Shown piece by piece: positions 1 to 9,036 of a stretch of DNA of 64,000 nucleotides; position 1 is the first letter of the stretch, and every line of letters begins with the position of its first letter. The notes under the pieces were generated by a model. It worked only from the letters and a program-made list of their open reading frames with translations. It was not told the DNA's origin and ran no database searches. Source of the DNA: a virus; IMG/VR virus record IMGVR_UViG_3300044508_000033. One strand, written 5' to 3'. The translations under genes were made by a program, and so were the position numbers.

Positions 1-389
1 CCCAGAGCGGGCAGGCTGCGCGCTTGACCGGCGTAGGTCGAGAGCAGCGTGTCGAAGAAGCTCGCCATCGCGATGCCGCCGAGGCCGCTCACGATGCCGA
101 GCGCGGCGCGCTCGTTGTAGCGGAACGCCATGTTGCCCACGGCCACGCCCGCGACGAGCGTCGCACCCGACACGATCGCCGAGCGCAGCACCGGGTTCTG
201 CACCTTCGACTCGAGACCGACCATGTCCGAGAGCTTCTTCACTCCCTTGGTCGCCGCGAGGATCGCGAGGCCGCCCGCCGAAGCCGCCACGAAGGCGCTC
301 TTGAGCTGCTCGACGTTCATCAGCCCGTCGAGACCTTCGTACTCGCCGAACTCCAGGCCCATCATGTCATCGTACATGTCCAGATTCAT
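1..389 (-). CDS. Membrane protein with acidic N-terminal segment, probable virion protein (runs off the left edge; absent from the ORF track)
   Basis: Manual translation from ATG at 389 with AGGAGA RBS: MNLDMYDDMMGLEFGEYEGLDGLMNVEQLKSAFVAASAGGLAILAA..., three Gly/Ala-rich hydrophobic segments, no stop before the edge. Confidence 0.8.
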   Translation of the reverse strand, partial: MNLDMYDDMMGLEFGEYEGLDGLMNVEQLKSAFVAASAGGLAILAATKGVKKLSDMVGLESKVQNPVLRSAIVSGATLVAGVAVGNMAFRYNERAALGIVSGLGGIAMASFFDTLLSTYAGQARSLPAL

Positions 390-453
390 TGTCGTCTCCT
401 TTGTCTCGCTTGCCCCATGATGGGCTGCACGAGGGCAAATCAGTTTTGCGGCA

Positions 454-1224
454 TCATCCTACGCGAAAGACGCGGCTCGCCGCCACCATGCTCGGTGGAG
501 CCTCCCAGCCAAACGGCATGTTCACGCTCGCGTCCATCGACACCCATTTCGTAGGTGCCTGACGCGGAAAGCCCGCCTGCGCGTAGATGTGGTTCCAGTC
601 GTTTGCGCCCTTGGTGCGGATGACCTTGAACCGACACGGGATGCCAAGCGCTCCGAGCGCTGCGCAGGTGAGCGTGCTGAAGTCGTCGCAGTCTGCGGCC
701 TTCAGCGAAAGCGTGTGGCCCGGCTTCTGATAAGTATCGACGCCTGCGATGTCGCTCGTGTACCGAACGTTCTTGCGGATGTTGCCGAAGAGCGAGCGGG
801 CCGCTGCGATGTCCTGCGCCGTCTTGGCGGGGGGCGCTTCGCGGCGGAGCGCAGAGAAAAGCGCCTTGGCCTCCTGGAAGTTGTCTTTCTCCGGGATGCA
901 CCAATCGTTTCCGCAGCGACGCGTAACAGCCCTGCGCGTGAAGGCGTAGACCTGCGGGTCGCGCTTGCCCTCTTCGACGAGCTTGCGCAAGTGCATGATG
1001 CGGTCATCGAGATTTCGAATCTCGTATGAGCGCATGCGCATCGAGACGTTCTTGCCGTTCGGTGCGCGAACGACTTTACGTCCCGTCGAATGCACGAGGC
1101 GTGTCGACGTCGGCGCGTCTGCAAGCTCTCCGCGCTTCTGTGAAAGACGCTTGGCCCCGTTGCTCAAGTGATTGATGCCAATCACGAGAGACGCGAAGCC
1201 AAGCGCCAGCTCACTGAAACTCAT
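454..1224 (-). CDS. Transglutaminase-like cysteine protease with N-terminal hydrophobic segment
   Basis: Triad motifs ADCDDF (Cys), WNHIY (His), SMDAS (Asp); NVRYTSD upstream. Confidence 0.85.
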   Translation of the reverse strand: MSFSELALGFASLVIGINHLSNGAKRLSQKRGELADAPTSTRLVHSTGRKVVRAPNGKNVSMRMRSYEIRNLDDRIMHLRKLVEEGKRDPQVYAFTRRAVTRRCGNDWCIPEKDNFQEAKALFSALRREAPPAKTAQDIAAARSLFGNIRKNVRYTSDIAGVDTYQKPGHTLSLKAADCDDFSTLTCAALGALGIPCRFKVIRTKGANDWNHIYAQAGFPRQAPTKWVSMDASVNMPFGWEAPPSMVAASRVFRVG

Positions 1225-1285
1225 GTCGATTAGCGTAGAGCGAGCACAACAAAGACTTCAAGCCCTCGTTGTTTTTTCTCCGCTA

Positions 1286-3337
1286 CTACGATTCGGCGAT
1301 GGCGGCGCTCAGGCTCTCATCGCGAGAGAGCGGAAGCTCGGCGAGGTGCTGTTGGAAGACGTCGATGTGTTCGATCGCGACCTTCAACACGTGGTTTGCG
1401 ACCTTGCGGCTCACCATCTTGATCCCACCGAGACCTGACAACAGGTTCTTGAGATTTTTCTGTGTTCCCTTCTTGTTACCCTCGCGGATGGCTTCGAGGA
1501 TCTGCTCGGCGATGCCCTGCCACTCCTCGTACTCGGTGAAGTAGATGAGGAACTGCACGAGGGCCTCTGCGACCTTGGCGTCATCCCCTGCGAGGACGGC
1601 AGCGTTCAGACGACGGATGTGTACGTGCGTGTCCGCGGGAAGTGCGGGCAAACCGTTGTCGGCGATGAGCTGCTCCGCGGCCTTTTGCGCCTGCTCGGGG
1701 TCGGGAAGCTCGTCCGTCTCCGTCTTCTGGATCGACAGACTCGTCGGGATCGCGACCGGCGCGGACGGATCCGTCGGGGCGGAGACAGGGGTTTGCGGGG
1801 TCTGTTGCGGTGCCGGTGCGGTCTGCTGACCCTGCGACTGCGTCATCGCCGCGAGCTGGGCGCGCTCCCTCTGAAGGAGCCGCTGTTGCTGCTCGAGCCG
1901 CTGACGCTCCGCGATGAGACGCTGCTCTTCGACGCTGCGTGAGGCTTCCGTCTTGCTGCGGATGGCGTTCGCGATCCCGCCCGCGAAATCGCGGTTGCCG
2001 AAGAGCGATGCGAGCGCATCCCACAGACCGGCTGCGGCGCCGGGCTCGTTGTTCCGGCTCAGCTTCTCCGCGAGACCCATCACCATCGCCATGTTGTCAA
2101 CGGCAGCTTGCAGCTCGCCGGGGCCGCTGCTCTCGGACTTCTGTTGCAGAAGCGCGATGACGTCCTTCATCGAAAGCTGCTCTTGCCGTTGTTGCAAGAG
2201 CAACTGCTGCATGAAGTCCTTGAACTCGTCCTTGCCGCCCTTGCTGCTCGCGATGGCCGAGAGGATCGTTCCGGCTGCCGTCGAGATCGCCATGATGAGC
2301 GCGGGCCAATCCATCTGCGGAGGGGGCGGCGGAGGGGGCGGCGGCGCCGCGAAGTTGCCCGACTCTTCACGCTTCGATGCCGTGAGCATCGAGACGAGCA
2401 TCTTCGTATTCTCCGACTGCATCTGCATCATCATCTGCATCTGCTGCTGCGACTGCTGCTGCATCTGCATCATCATCGTCATCATCATCTGATTCGCAGA
2501 TGAAGCCGACTCCGACATTGCCTTGGCCATCGCTGCCGTACCGCCTTCGGCCGAGCCTTCGATTTCTTTCTTCATCGCGAATACCCCTTGAAGCAGCTCC
2601 ATCATGTTCGGCTGCGGCTGTTGGTGAAACATCTGACGAAGCTCCCGAACCTCTTGACGAGATTGCTCTGCGATCTGAGCGGCGAACTGGACAACGCCGG
2701 TCTCCGGTGTCGAACGATCCTTCGGGCTTGGGATGAGACGCACCTGACCAAGCTCCATCTCGCGACCGAGGCCGTCGACTCCGACGAGGTCGTACTCACC
2801 GGGACCGTGTTCGGGTTTCACGTAGCGCGTGAGGAAGCTCTCGAAGTCCGGGAACTGCGCGAGGTCGTCCTTGTTGTAGTCGTTGACGAACCAGCGCTTG
2901 CCCATGTCGCGCTTGTAGACCTTGACCTTTTCGGCTCCAGGGACCTTGTCGGCAAGACCCTTGCCGAGCTTGCTCGCAACCGGAGACTTCTGCCGAGCCA
3001 TCGGACGCGGTGGCTTCGGTTGTGGAAGAAGCGGCCCAGGCCCCGCGTCCGTCGAAGGTAGAGACGCATCGGCCGGGTCTTGAACGAGCGGTGTGTCGTC
3101 TTCGCGGAAGAGTTCGTCCTCCACCTCCGTCTGTGGGGGCGGGATGTCCGCGATGGGGTCGTCCTCGACCTGGATCACAGCCTTGCCACGCTTACGCGTA
3201 GCGCGGGGGTCGTCGCGCAGAGATTCCGCAACAGACGCCGATGCGCTGGCTGCGGCCTCCTCCGGCGGAAGATCCGTTGGGATGCCGAGTTCTGCGAGCG
3301 TCTGTTCGATGGTGGGTTCTTTGTTTTTCTCGGCCAT
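1286..3337 (-). CDS. Large low-complexity/coiled-coil hypothetical protein (683 aa)
   Basis: Long ORF: acidic/Pro N-terminus, Met/Gln-rich helices, poly-Pro tract, helical C-terminus. Confidence 0.8.
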   Translation of the reverse strand: MAEKNKEPTIEQTLAELGIPTDLPPEEAAASASASVAESLRDDPRATRKRGKAVIQVEDDPIADIPPPQTEVEDELFREDDTPLVQDPADASLPSTDAGPGPLLPQPKPPRPMARQKSPVASKLGKGLADKVPGAEKVKVYKRDMGKRWFVNDYNKDDLAQFPDFESFLTRYVKPEHGPGEYDLVGVDGLGREMELGQVRLIPSPKDRSTPETGVVQFAAQIAEQSRQEVRELRQMFHQQPQPNMMELLQGVFAMKKEIEGSAEGGTAAMAKAMSESASSANQMMMTMMMQMQQQSQQQMQMMMQMQSENTKMLVSMLTASKREESGNFAAPPPPPPPPPQMDWPALIMAISTAAGTILSAIASSKGGKDEFKDFMQQLLLQQRQEQLSMKDVIALLQQKSESSGPGELQAAVDNMAMVMGLAEKLSRNNEPGAAAGLWDALASLFGNRDFAGGIANAIRSKTEASRSVEEQRLIAERQRLEQQQRLLQRERAQLAAMTQSQGQQTAPAPQQTPQTPVSAPTDPSAPVAIPTSLSIQKTETDELPDPEQAQKAAEQLIADNGLPALPADTHVHIRRLNAAVLAGDDAKVAEALVQFLIYFTEYEEWQGIAEQILEAIREGNKKGTQKNLKNLLSGLGGIKMVSRKVANHVLKVAIEHIDVFQQHLAELPLSRDESLSAAIAES

Positions 3338-3344
3338 GTCTCTC

Positions 3345-4280
3345 TTACTCCGTCAAAGCGCCGCCCGCGTTGTGCAGGGCTTTGACGCTGTCGTGCGAGT
3401 CCATCGTGATGTAGTGGTCGATCGTCGTTTGAATCGACGCGTGTCCGGCGATGTTTGCGATGACCTTTAGGTCGATGCCTTTGCGCCACAGCGTCGTTAG
3501 GTACGTGCGGCGCATCGTGTGTGGTGTGAACTCCATGCCGAGCGGCTCGCGCATACGCTGCAAGGCGAGACGCAAAAAACGATCGCTGATGTGCTTCTTC
3601 CCGGACTTCGCCAACAGCGACTTGCGAGAAACGATTTTCGGGAACAACCAGACGCCGGGTTTGCCTCTGCGCCAGCCTGCGAGATACCCGGTGAGGATCT
3701 CGACGCCCTCTTCCATGAGAGGTACGTACCTCTCTTTGTTTCCTTTACCGGGAACACGCAGAGCGAGCGTCGACTTCGTCTTGCCGTTGCGCAGCTTCAC
3801 TTCGACGCGCTTGATCTGATCGAGACGCAGGCCGACCAACTCGTTGGCGCGCAGGCCGCAGCACGGAAGGAGCATCACCGCAGTGCGAATAGGTTCGTCG
3901 AGGTCGAGGTCTGCTTGCCGGAAGTAGAGGCTGATGAGGTGTTGCGGAAGGCTCTCCCGCATCACGATCTGTTTCTTGGGCAGGTCGGGCCGGGTCTGAT
4001 CTGCGACCTGTATGCCCTTGCCTTTCACCCACTCGAGGTACTTTTTGACCGCGTAGACCTGCACCCGGATGGTGGATGGGCTCTTGCCTTGGTTCGCGAG
4101 CATGGCTGCGAACTCAGAAAGCAGCCCAGGCGGCATCTGCGCGAAGCTCTTGTACCCGCTGCTCTCCACCAGCCGCAGGAACTCTTTCGCATACACGGGG
4201 TACTTCAGGGCCGTGTTCTTGGCTTTGACGCCGCGTAGGTACTCGCGGAAAGCCTTTACAGACACGTCGACTGTAGTCAT
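3345..4280 (-). CDS. Tyrosine recombinase (XerC/D-like)
   Basis: GLRANE (R), GKGNKER (K), PHTMRR (HxxR), AGHAS...TIDHY (H, Y); SAM-like N-terminus; ATG at 4280 preferred. Confidence 0.92.
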   Translation of the reverse strand: MTTVDVSVKAFREYLRGVKAKNTALKYPVYAKEFLRLVESSGYKSFAQMPPGLLSEFAAMLANQGKSPSTIRVQVYAVKKYLEWVKGKGIQVADQTRPDLPKKQIVMRESLPQHLISLYFRQADLDLDEPIRTAVMLLPCCGLRANELVGLRLDQIKRVEVKLRNGKTKSTLALRVPGKGNKERYVPLMEEGVEILTGYLAGWRRGKPGVWLFPKIVSRKSLLAKSGKKHISDRFLRLALQRMREPLGMEFTPHTMRRTYLTTLWRKGIDLKVIANIAGHASIQTTIDHYITMDSHDSVKALHNAGGALTE

Positions 4281-4407
4281 GCGCCAAACACGGTAACAGC
4301 CGTTTTTTCTGCGGGGCAACTTCCTTTTACCGGCACGCGTGCAGGTATTTTTGCCAAAACGTTGTTACCTGCTTCGGTTTTGCCAAGAACAACTTAGCTT
4401 GTGGTGC

Positions 4408-4794
4408 GTGTCGAACTCGAACCATCTCATCCGCAAAGAGTCTCAGTACGACCACCTCGCAAACCGCGCTTCCGGTGCGGGCGACCTCGACATGGTCCCA
4501 TCCCCTGTCGACGGAAAGCTCGTAGTCGTCGCGATGGACAACGGGATCCACGTGTGTGGTTCTTGCCTCGAACCGTTCGAAGACGAGGCGAGCAACCCGC
4601 GTCGTCGCGTGGAGTTCACGCCTCCCGGACTCTCCGCAGATGGGCAGAACCACGGCACGCGCATCTTCATCCACGCCAAGTGCGCCAAGCCTGCGCGCAG
4701 TTACGTTGGCAATCTCGTCAACGACGTCATCTCGAAGCACCAAGCGCGTCGCTTGCTCACGAAGGTGACAAAGCCCTTCCTCGGCAAGAAGTAA
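4408..4794 (+). CDS. Hypothetical protein, possible Zn-binding
   Basis: CGSC...HAKC; start uncertain (GTG 4408). Confidence 0.55.
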   Translation: MSNSNHLIRKESQYDHLANRASGAGDLDMVPSPVDGKLVVVAMDNGIHVCGSCLEPFEDEASNPRRRVEFTPPGLSADGQNHGTRIFIHAKCAKPARSYVGNLVNDVISKHQARRLLTKVTKPFLGKK

Positions 4795-4845
4795 CCGGCT
4801 ACGCTTTTGCTTGACACCCTGGCCCCCTGAACGGCTGGAGGATCG

Positions 4846-5607
4846 ATGGCAAGCGAGCTGGACTACCTCACGAGCGCCGAGGCTGAAGCGGCGCAAAATC
4901 AGTTCTCGACGAGCGACTACGGCTCGGTCGGCGATCAGCGCCCGTACCAAATCGTTCAGCCCGCATACCCTGCTCCGAAGTTCCTCGCGAACTTCGCGTA
5001 CCTCGAGAGCGCGCTGCGCGAGTGCGACACGCTGTGTCGCCTGAAGGGGCAGCCGTTTCGTCTCGTGAAATGGGGCGCGAAGCAGCCGTGTTACCCGTGC
5101 GGCATGAAAGCTCGCAGCAACCAACTGCCGAGCTTGCGCGTCCATTCACCGGGGGCCATCGCAGGTTTCCCTGACGCACAACCGATCGCTGATTTCCTGC
5201 CGAACGGCGCACGCATCGCATACGACAAGAAGGGTCGCCCTGTTCCTGTCGGGGCGCCAACCTACGTCGTGTCTTCGACGCCGAACCCGTTCTACAACCC
5301 CGGCCGTCCTCCGCAGCGCTACCTTGAAGCCGTGACGTCGGCGCAGTACCTCGCGAAGACGACGGGGCGTCCTGCGTACCTGTGCTCGTCTTTGGGCGCA
5401 GACTGCAAGCAGAACAGCGGCGGTCGGCAGCTCGTACCTGTCGTCTACGTCGAACCGGGCGGCCTCGTTCGTCGCTACCGCTCGGACCTCCATCTCACCG
5501 GCAGCTCTGCCGGTTCAACTGACGCCGTAACGCGTGTGACGCCCGAAGAGTTCCGCGAGCTGGTTCGCGAGAGCGCAGGGCAGAGCCGTCTCGGCTGGGG
5601 TGCGTGA
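4846..5607 (+). CDS. Hypothetical protein with internal duplication
   Basis: GGAGG RBS; YLESALRECDTLCRLKGQPFRL resembles YLEAVTSAQYLAKTTGRPAYL. Confidence 0.75.
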   Translation: MASELDYLTSAEAEAAQNQFSTSDYGSVGDQRPYQIVQPAYPAPKFLANFAYLESALRECDTLCRLKGQPFRLVKWGAKQPCYPCGMKARSNQLPSLRVHSPGAIAGFPDAQPIADFLPNGARIAYDKKGRPVPVGAPTYVVSSTPNPFYNPGRPPQRYLEAVTSAQYLAKTTGRPAYLCSSLGADCKQNSGGRQLVPVVYVEPGGLVRRYRSDLHLTGSSAGSTDAVTRVTPEEFRELVRESAGQSRLGWGA

Positions 5608-5608
5608 C

Positions 5609-6385
5609 ATGGGCTACATCCTGATCCCGAACTACGGCATCGAGCCTTTCAAGGCTCTCGGAAGCACACCTGCCGAAGATTTCGGCGGAGGCGCCGAGGT
5701 CACGAACGACAACCTACTTATTTCGCTGTGGACGATCGACAGCGCGAGCCCCGGCGGCATCCCGCTGACCGGAAGACACCTGAAGCCCGCGCCTCAAACA
5801 CCGACGGGTCTTTCCGAGATCCAAGCGCAAGAAGCGGCTCAGGGCATCGAAAATCTGACCCGCACCTACGAAGAAACAGTTTTCGACAGTCGCTACTCTG
5901 CACGCTTCGTTCTTCAAGACACAGGTCAACCCGGCGGAGAGGGTGAAGAACCCACGCTACCGCCGAACATGCTCGCGATCCTTCGCCCACCGCAAGACAT
6001 GATCGATGCGGCGATGCGCGTATTTGGCGACGTGCGCCTCGACTCCAGTACGCCGAACGGCCTCTACGCCGTGTGGAAGAACTCGGCGCAAGACCTGTTT
6101 TGCTGGGATGTGGCTTTCACCGAAGTCGGTAACGCCCACCTCAACACCTACCCGTACTACGTCGGGAACATCATCTACGCCCCAGGCTTTGCGAAGACGA
6201 ACGGCGCAAACGGCGTGTTCCCTGAGTTCTTCGCCACCGACCCGTACACTCCGCAAGGTCTTTTCGACCTGTGCAACGCCATGAAGCAAGGACGCTTCTA
6301 CGTCCCGTTGCTCTTCCCGTCGCCTGGTCTTGATCAGGTGTATCGCGTCACCGTGTCGTGGCCACATCGCCCGGCTTTCCGCTGA
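5609..6385 (+). CDS. Paralog family A, copy 1 (putative virion protein)
   Basis: Shares YG(I/V)EP..L.S....FGGGA..T..N.L..LWT.D and T(N/D)G..G.(F/Y)PE motifs with 6562 and 7324. Confidence 0.8.
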   Translation: MGYILIPNYGIEPFKALGSTPAEDFGGGAEVTNDNLLISLWTIDSASPGGIPLTGRHLKPAPQTPTGLSEIQAQEAAQGIENLTRTYEETVFDSRYSARFVLQDTGQPGGEGEEPTLPPNMLAILRPPQDMIDAAMRVFGDVRLDSSTPNGLYAVWKNSAQDLFCWDVAFTEVGNAHLNTYPYYVGNIIYAPGFAKTNGANGVFPEFFATDPYTPQGLFDLCNAMKQGRFYVPLLFPSPGLDQVYRVTVSWPHRPAFR

Positions 6386-6396
6386 AGGAGAAACAC

Positions 6397-6558
6397 ATGA
6401 GCCTGCAAGACAAGATTTCGAAGCTGGTCCCGTCGTTCTTCACCAAGAACGGCAAAAGCCCGCTGCAAGTCCTCACCGAGACGCGTGATCAAGCTCTCGC
6501 CGAGAAGGCGGCCTTGAAGCAGCTCGTCGAGCAGCAACAGCAAAACGGCGGGAGCTGA
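6397..6558 (+). CDS. Small coiled-coil protein
   Basis: AAGGAG RBS; MSLQDKISKL...QQQQNGGS. Confidence 0.65.
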   Translation: MSLQDKISKLVPSFFTKNGKSPLQVLTETRDQALAEKAALKQLVEQQQQNGGS

Positions 6559-6561
6559 TTC

Positions 6562-7314
6562 ATGCCGTACGAGTACAACCCGATCTACGGCGTAGAGCCG
6601 TACCTGCCTCTCCAAAGCACGACCGCGGAGTGGTTTGGCGGGGGTGCCAAACGCACGGAGCAAAACGCTTTGGTGACGCTGTGGACGATGGACACCATCG
6701 TCGGTGGCATCCCGACGAGCGGTCGCCTGCTCAAGCCGCGCTCCTACAACCCTGTGGGTGCGCAAGCTGTCATCGACGCCGAGGCGGATGGGATCCTGCA
6801 CTTCGAGAAGGCGTGGGAGCCTGTCGAAAATGCGCGTGACGCGTGCAAGCTGTCGATCACTCGCAGTGACTCCGAGGGCGGAGACAACCTCACGCCTTTT
6901 TTGCTGGCCATCATCAACCCGACACCAGAGTTGAAGAACGCGATCTCGAAGTCTCTTCGCGCACGCGTCGATGCAGGGGCGCCGTTCGGTTACACCATCG
7001 ACGTTCTTCGAGCGGCTTTGCAGGCTGCCGCATTCACGGTCGACATCGTCTCACCCGGCAACCAGCCGCAGATCAGCGATTCGTCGTCTGGTGGGCCTTT
7101 CTTCTTCGGCGGGACGGTGCTCATCGCGAACACGGACGGATCCGACGGTACGTACCCGGAAATCTACCCGTACACCGACCCGTCGGCTGTGAGTGCGATC
7201 AACCGCGTGATCCAGGGCGGAGATTACTGCATCCCGTTCTTCATCCCACAGCCGAATGACAACAGCGCCCTGAACTACACGATTGCCTGGGACCACAGCC
7301 CGGCGCGTCGCTGA
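6562..7314 (+). CDS. Paralog family A, copy 2
   Basis: Same conserved N- and C-terminal motifs; ends WDHSPARR. Confidence 0.8.
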   Translation: MPYEYNPIYGVEPYLPLQSTTAEWFGGGAKRTEQNALVTLWTMDTIVGGIPTSGRLLKPRSYNPVGAQAVIDAEADGILHFEKAWEPVENARDACKLSITRSDSEGGDNLTPFLLAIINPTPELKNAISKSLRARVDAGAPFGYTIDVLRAALQAAAFTVDIVSPGNQPQISDSSSGGPFFFGGTVLIANTDGSDGTYPEIYPYTDPSAVSAINRVIQGGDYCIPFFIPQPNDNSALNYTIAWDHSPARR

Positions 7315-7323
7315 GGGAGAACC

Positions 7324-8103
7324 ATGAGCTACTTCTACCAGCACACCTACGGCGTAGAGCCGTACGCACAGCTCGGCAGCGACTCGTCTCAGTGGTTTGG
7401 CGGAGGGGCGAAGGTCACAAACGACAACCTCCTTCGCACACTCTGGACCGTCGATTCGTTCGACTTCTTCAACCCTGCCTCGGGTCGTCTGCTCAAGCCG
7501 TTCGGTGCGACGCAGACGGGCATCGACGCGAACGCGAGTGCGACCGCGCAAGGTGCGGTCAACTACCTCGAAAACTCCTGGCGTCTGTTCGCGAACAGCC
7601 GCCTGTCATGTCGGTTCTACTTGTCGAACATCGACGACGAGGGGGGAGACCTCTCCGCATCCCTTCTTGCGGTTCTCACGCCTCCGCCCGACATGAAGCA
7701 ACGTCTCGCGCAAGCTGTCTCCGCCAAGCTCGATCCGAGCAAGCCACTCGGATTCTCCCTCGAGTTCAAGCGCGGGGTCTTGCAAGACCCGCTCGCGTGG
7801 TTTGCTCGCTTCGAGGACGTCCTTCCGGGGGGCAACGCTCCGCGTCGCCTGAACACGTCTTTGAGCGCCGTGTTCGGTGCGTTCTTCACGCCGATCTCGC
7901 TCTGCAAGACGGATGGCTCGGACGGCAACTTCCCAGAGTTCTACAACCTGAACACCGCAGAAGGTGTCGTCGCGCAGGCGCAAGCCATGTTGAGGGGCGA
8001 GTTCTTCGTTCCGTGCCTCTTCACGGCGCCGCCGACTGCGGACGAATCAGTACAAGGCGTCCTTACGACGATCTCGTGGACCGGCAGCCCCGGCCGCCGC
8101 TGA
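7324..8103 (+). CDS. Paralog family A, copy 3
   Basis: Same motifs; GGGAGA RBS; ends WTGSPGRR. Confidence 0.8.
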   Translation: MSYFYQHTYGVEPYAQLGSDSSQWFGGGAKVTNDNLLRTLWTVDSFDFFNPASGRLLKPFGATQTGIDANASATAQGAVNYLENSWRLFANSRLSCRFYLSNIDDEGGDLSASLLAVLTPPPDMKQRLAQAVSAKLDPSKPLGFSLEFKRGVLQDPLAWFARFEDVLPGGNAPRRLNTSLSAVFGAFFTPISLCKTDGSDGNFPEFYNLNTAEGVVAQAQAMLRGEFFVPCLFTAPPTADESVQGVLTTISWTGSPGRR

Positions 8104-8154
8104 AAATAGTTTGGCCCTGTGTTAGGGTCGACATCCCCTGAAGGAGAAAAGTCA

Positions 8155-8946
8155 ATGTCGAATCAACCTCTCGCTGCTCACCCCATCCCCGGCTTCTTCG
8201 CCGCCCACACGCTCGGCCTCCTGCCCGCGCTCGAGGCGGACATCAACAACGAAGATCGCCTGATCATCCCGGCACCGGCAGCGGACCCGAACGGTTCGGT
8301 CGCTCGCGTTCTTGCAGCTCTGGCGACGATCGTCGGTACGGTCGAAAACGACGGCGGCGGTGCTCTTGCTGCGGGCGCCGTGCAACTCGTCTTCAAGATG
8401 AGCAACAGCCGCGAGATCGTGCTCGCGCAGAACGCTGGCGGAGAGGTGACGGGCGACAACTTCTTCCTCGTCTCGACGCAGTCGCTCGTGATCCCGCAGG
8501 GTTCCCTCGGCGTGTATCTGCGCGTCGCCGCGGCACCGACCGTCAAGCTCTACGTCTTCGCGCGCGATGTTCGTGCGGACGTCGTGTCCGTCGAGCTGTC
8601 CAGCACGAACTACGTGGACATCACCGCGGCCTTGAAGGCCGGTGAGACCGCGTCGGGTGTCGTCGATAACCCGCAAAGCGGCAACGGCGTGGGTTGCATC
8701 TGCAACTTCGGTGCAGCTCCGCGCATCGTCAACTTCCGTATTACCAACCCGAGCAGCCAGAGCCTCGTGGTACCGATCAGCATCGGTGCAGGTGTTCGTC
8801 AGAGCGTCGGCAACTTCGCTATCGGTGCGGGGTGGAAGGTCGAGGTTGCCCTCGACGCCGTCCCCGACATCAACCTGCAACTGCTCACGCTCTCGCAGAA
8901 GTCGAACGCGAGCCCGGTGCGCAGCAACCAGGGCGGCGCGTACTGA
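8155..8946 (+). CDS. Paralog family B, copy 1 (beta-rich putative virion protein)
   Basis: AAGGAG RBS; starts MSNQPL.AHPIP, contains ADPNG and LAAGAVQL, ends PVR.NQGGAY. Confidence 0.8.
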   Translation: MSNQPLAAHPIPGFFAAHTLGLLPALEADINNEDRLIIPAPAADPNGSVARVLAALATIVGTVENDGGGALAAGAVQLVFKMSNSREIVLAQNAGGEVTGDNFFLVSTQSLVIPQGSLGVYLRVAAAPTVKLYVFARDVRADVVSVELSSTNYVDITAALKAGETASGVVDNPQSGNGVGCICNFGAAPRIVNFRITNPSSQSLVVPISIGAGVRQSVGNFAIGAGWKVEVALDAVPDINLQLLTLSQKSNASPVRSNQGGAY

Positions 8947-9036
8947 TTTCGATCGGTACGACCTGCCCGAACGACGACCATGCAAGGTATTCTTGCGTGG
9001 TCGTTCTGTTTCAACACCTGAAGAATAAAAAACAAC

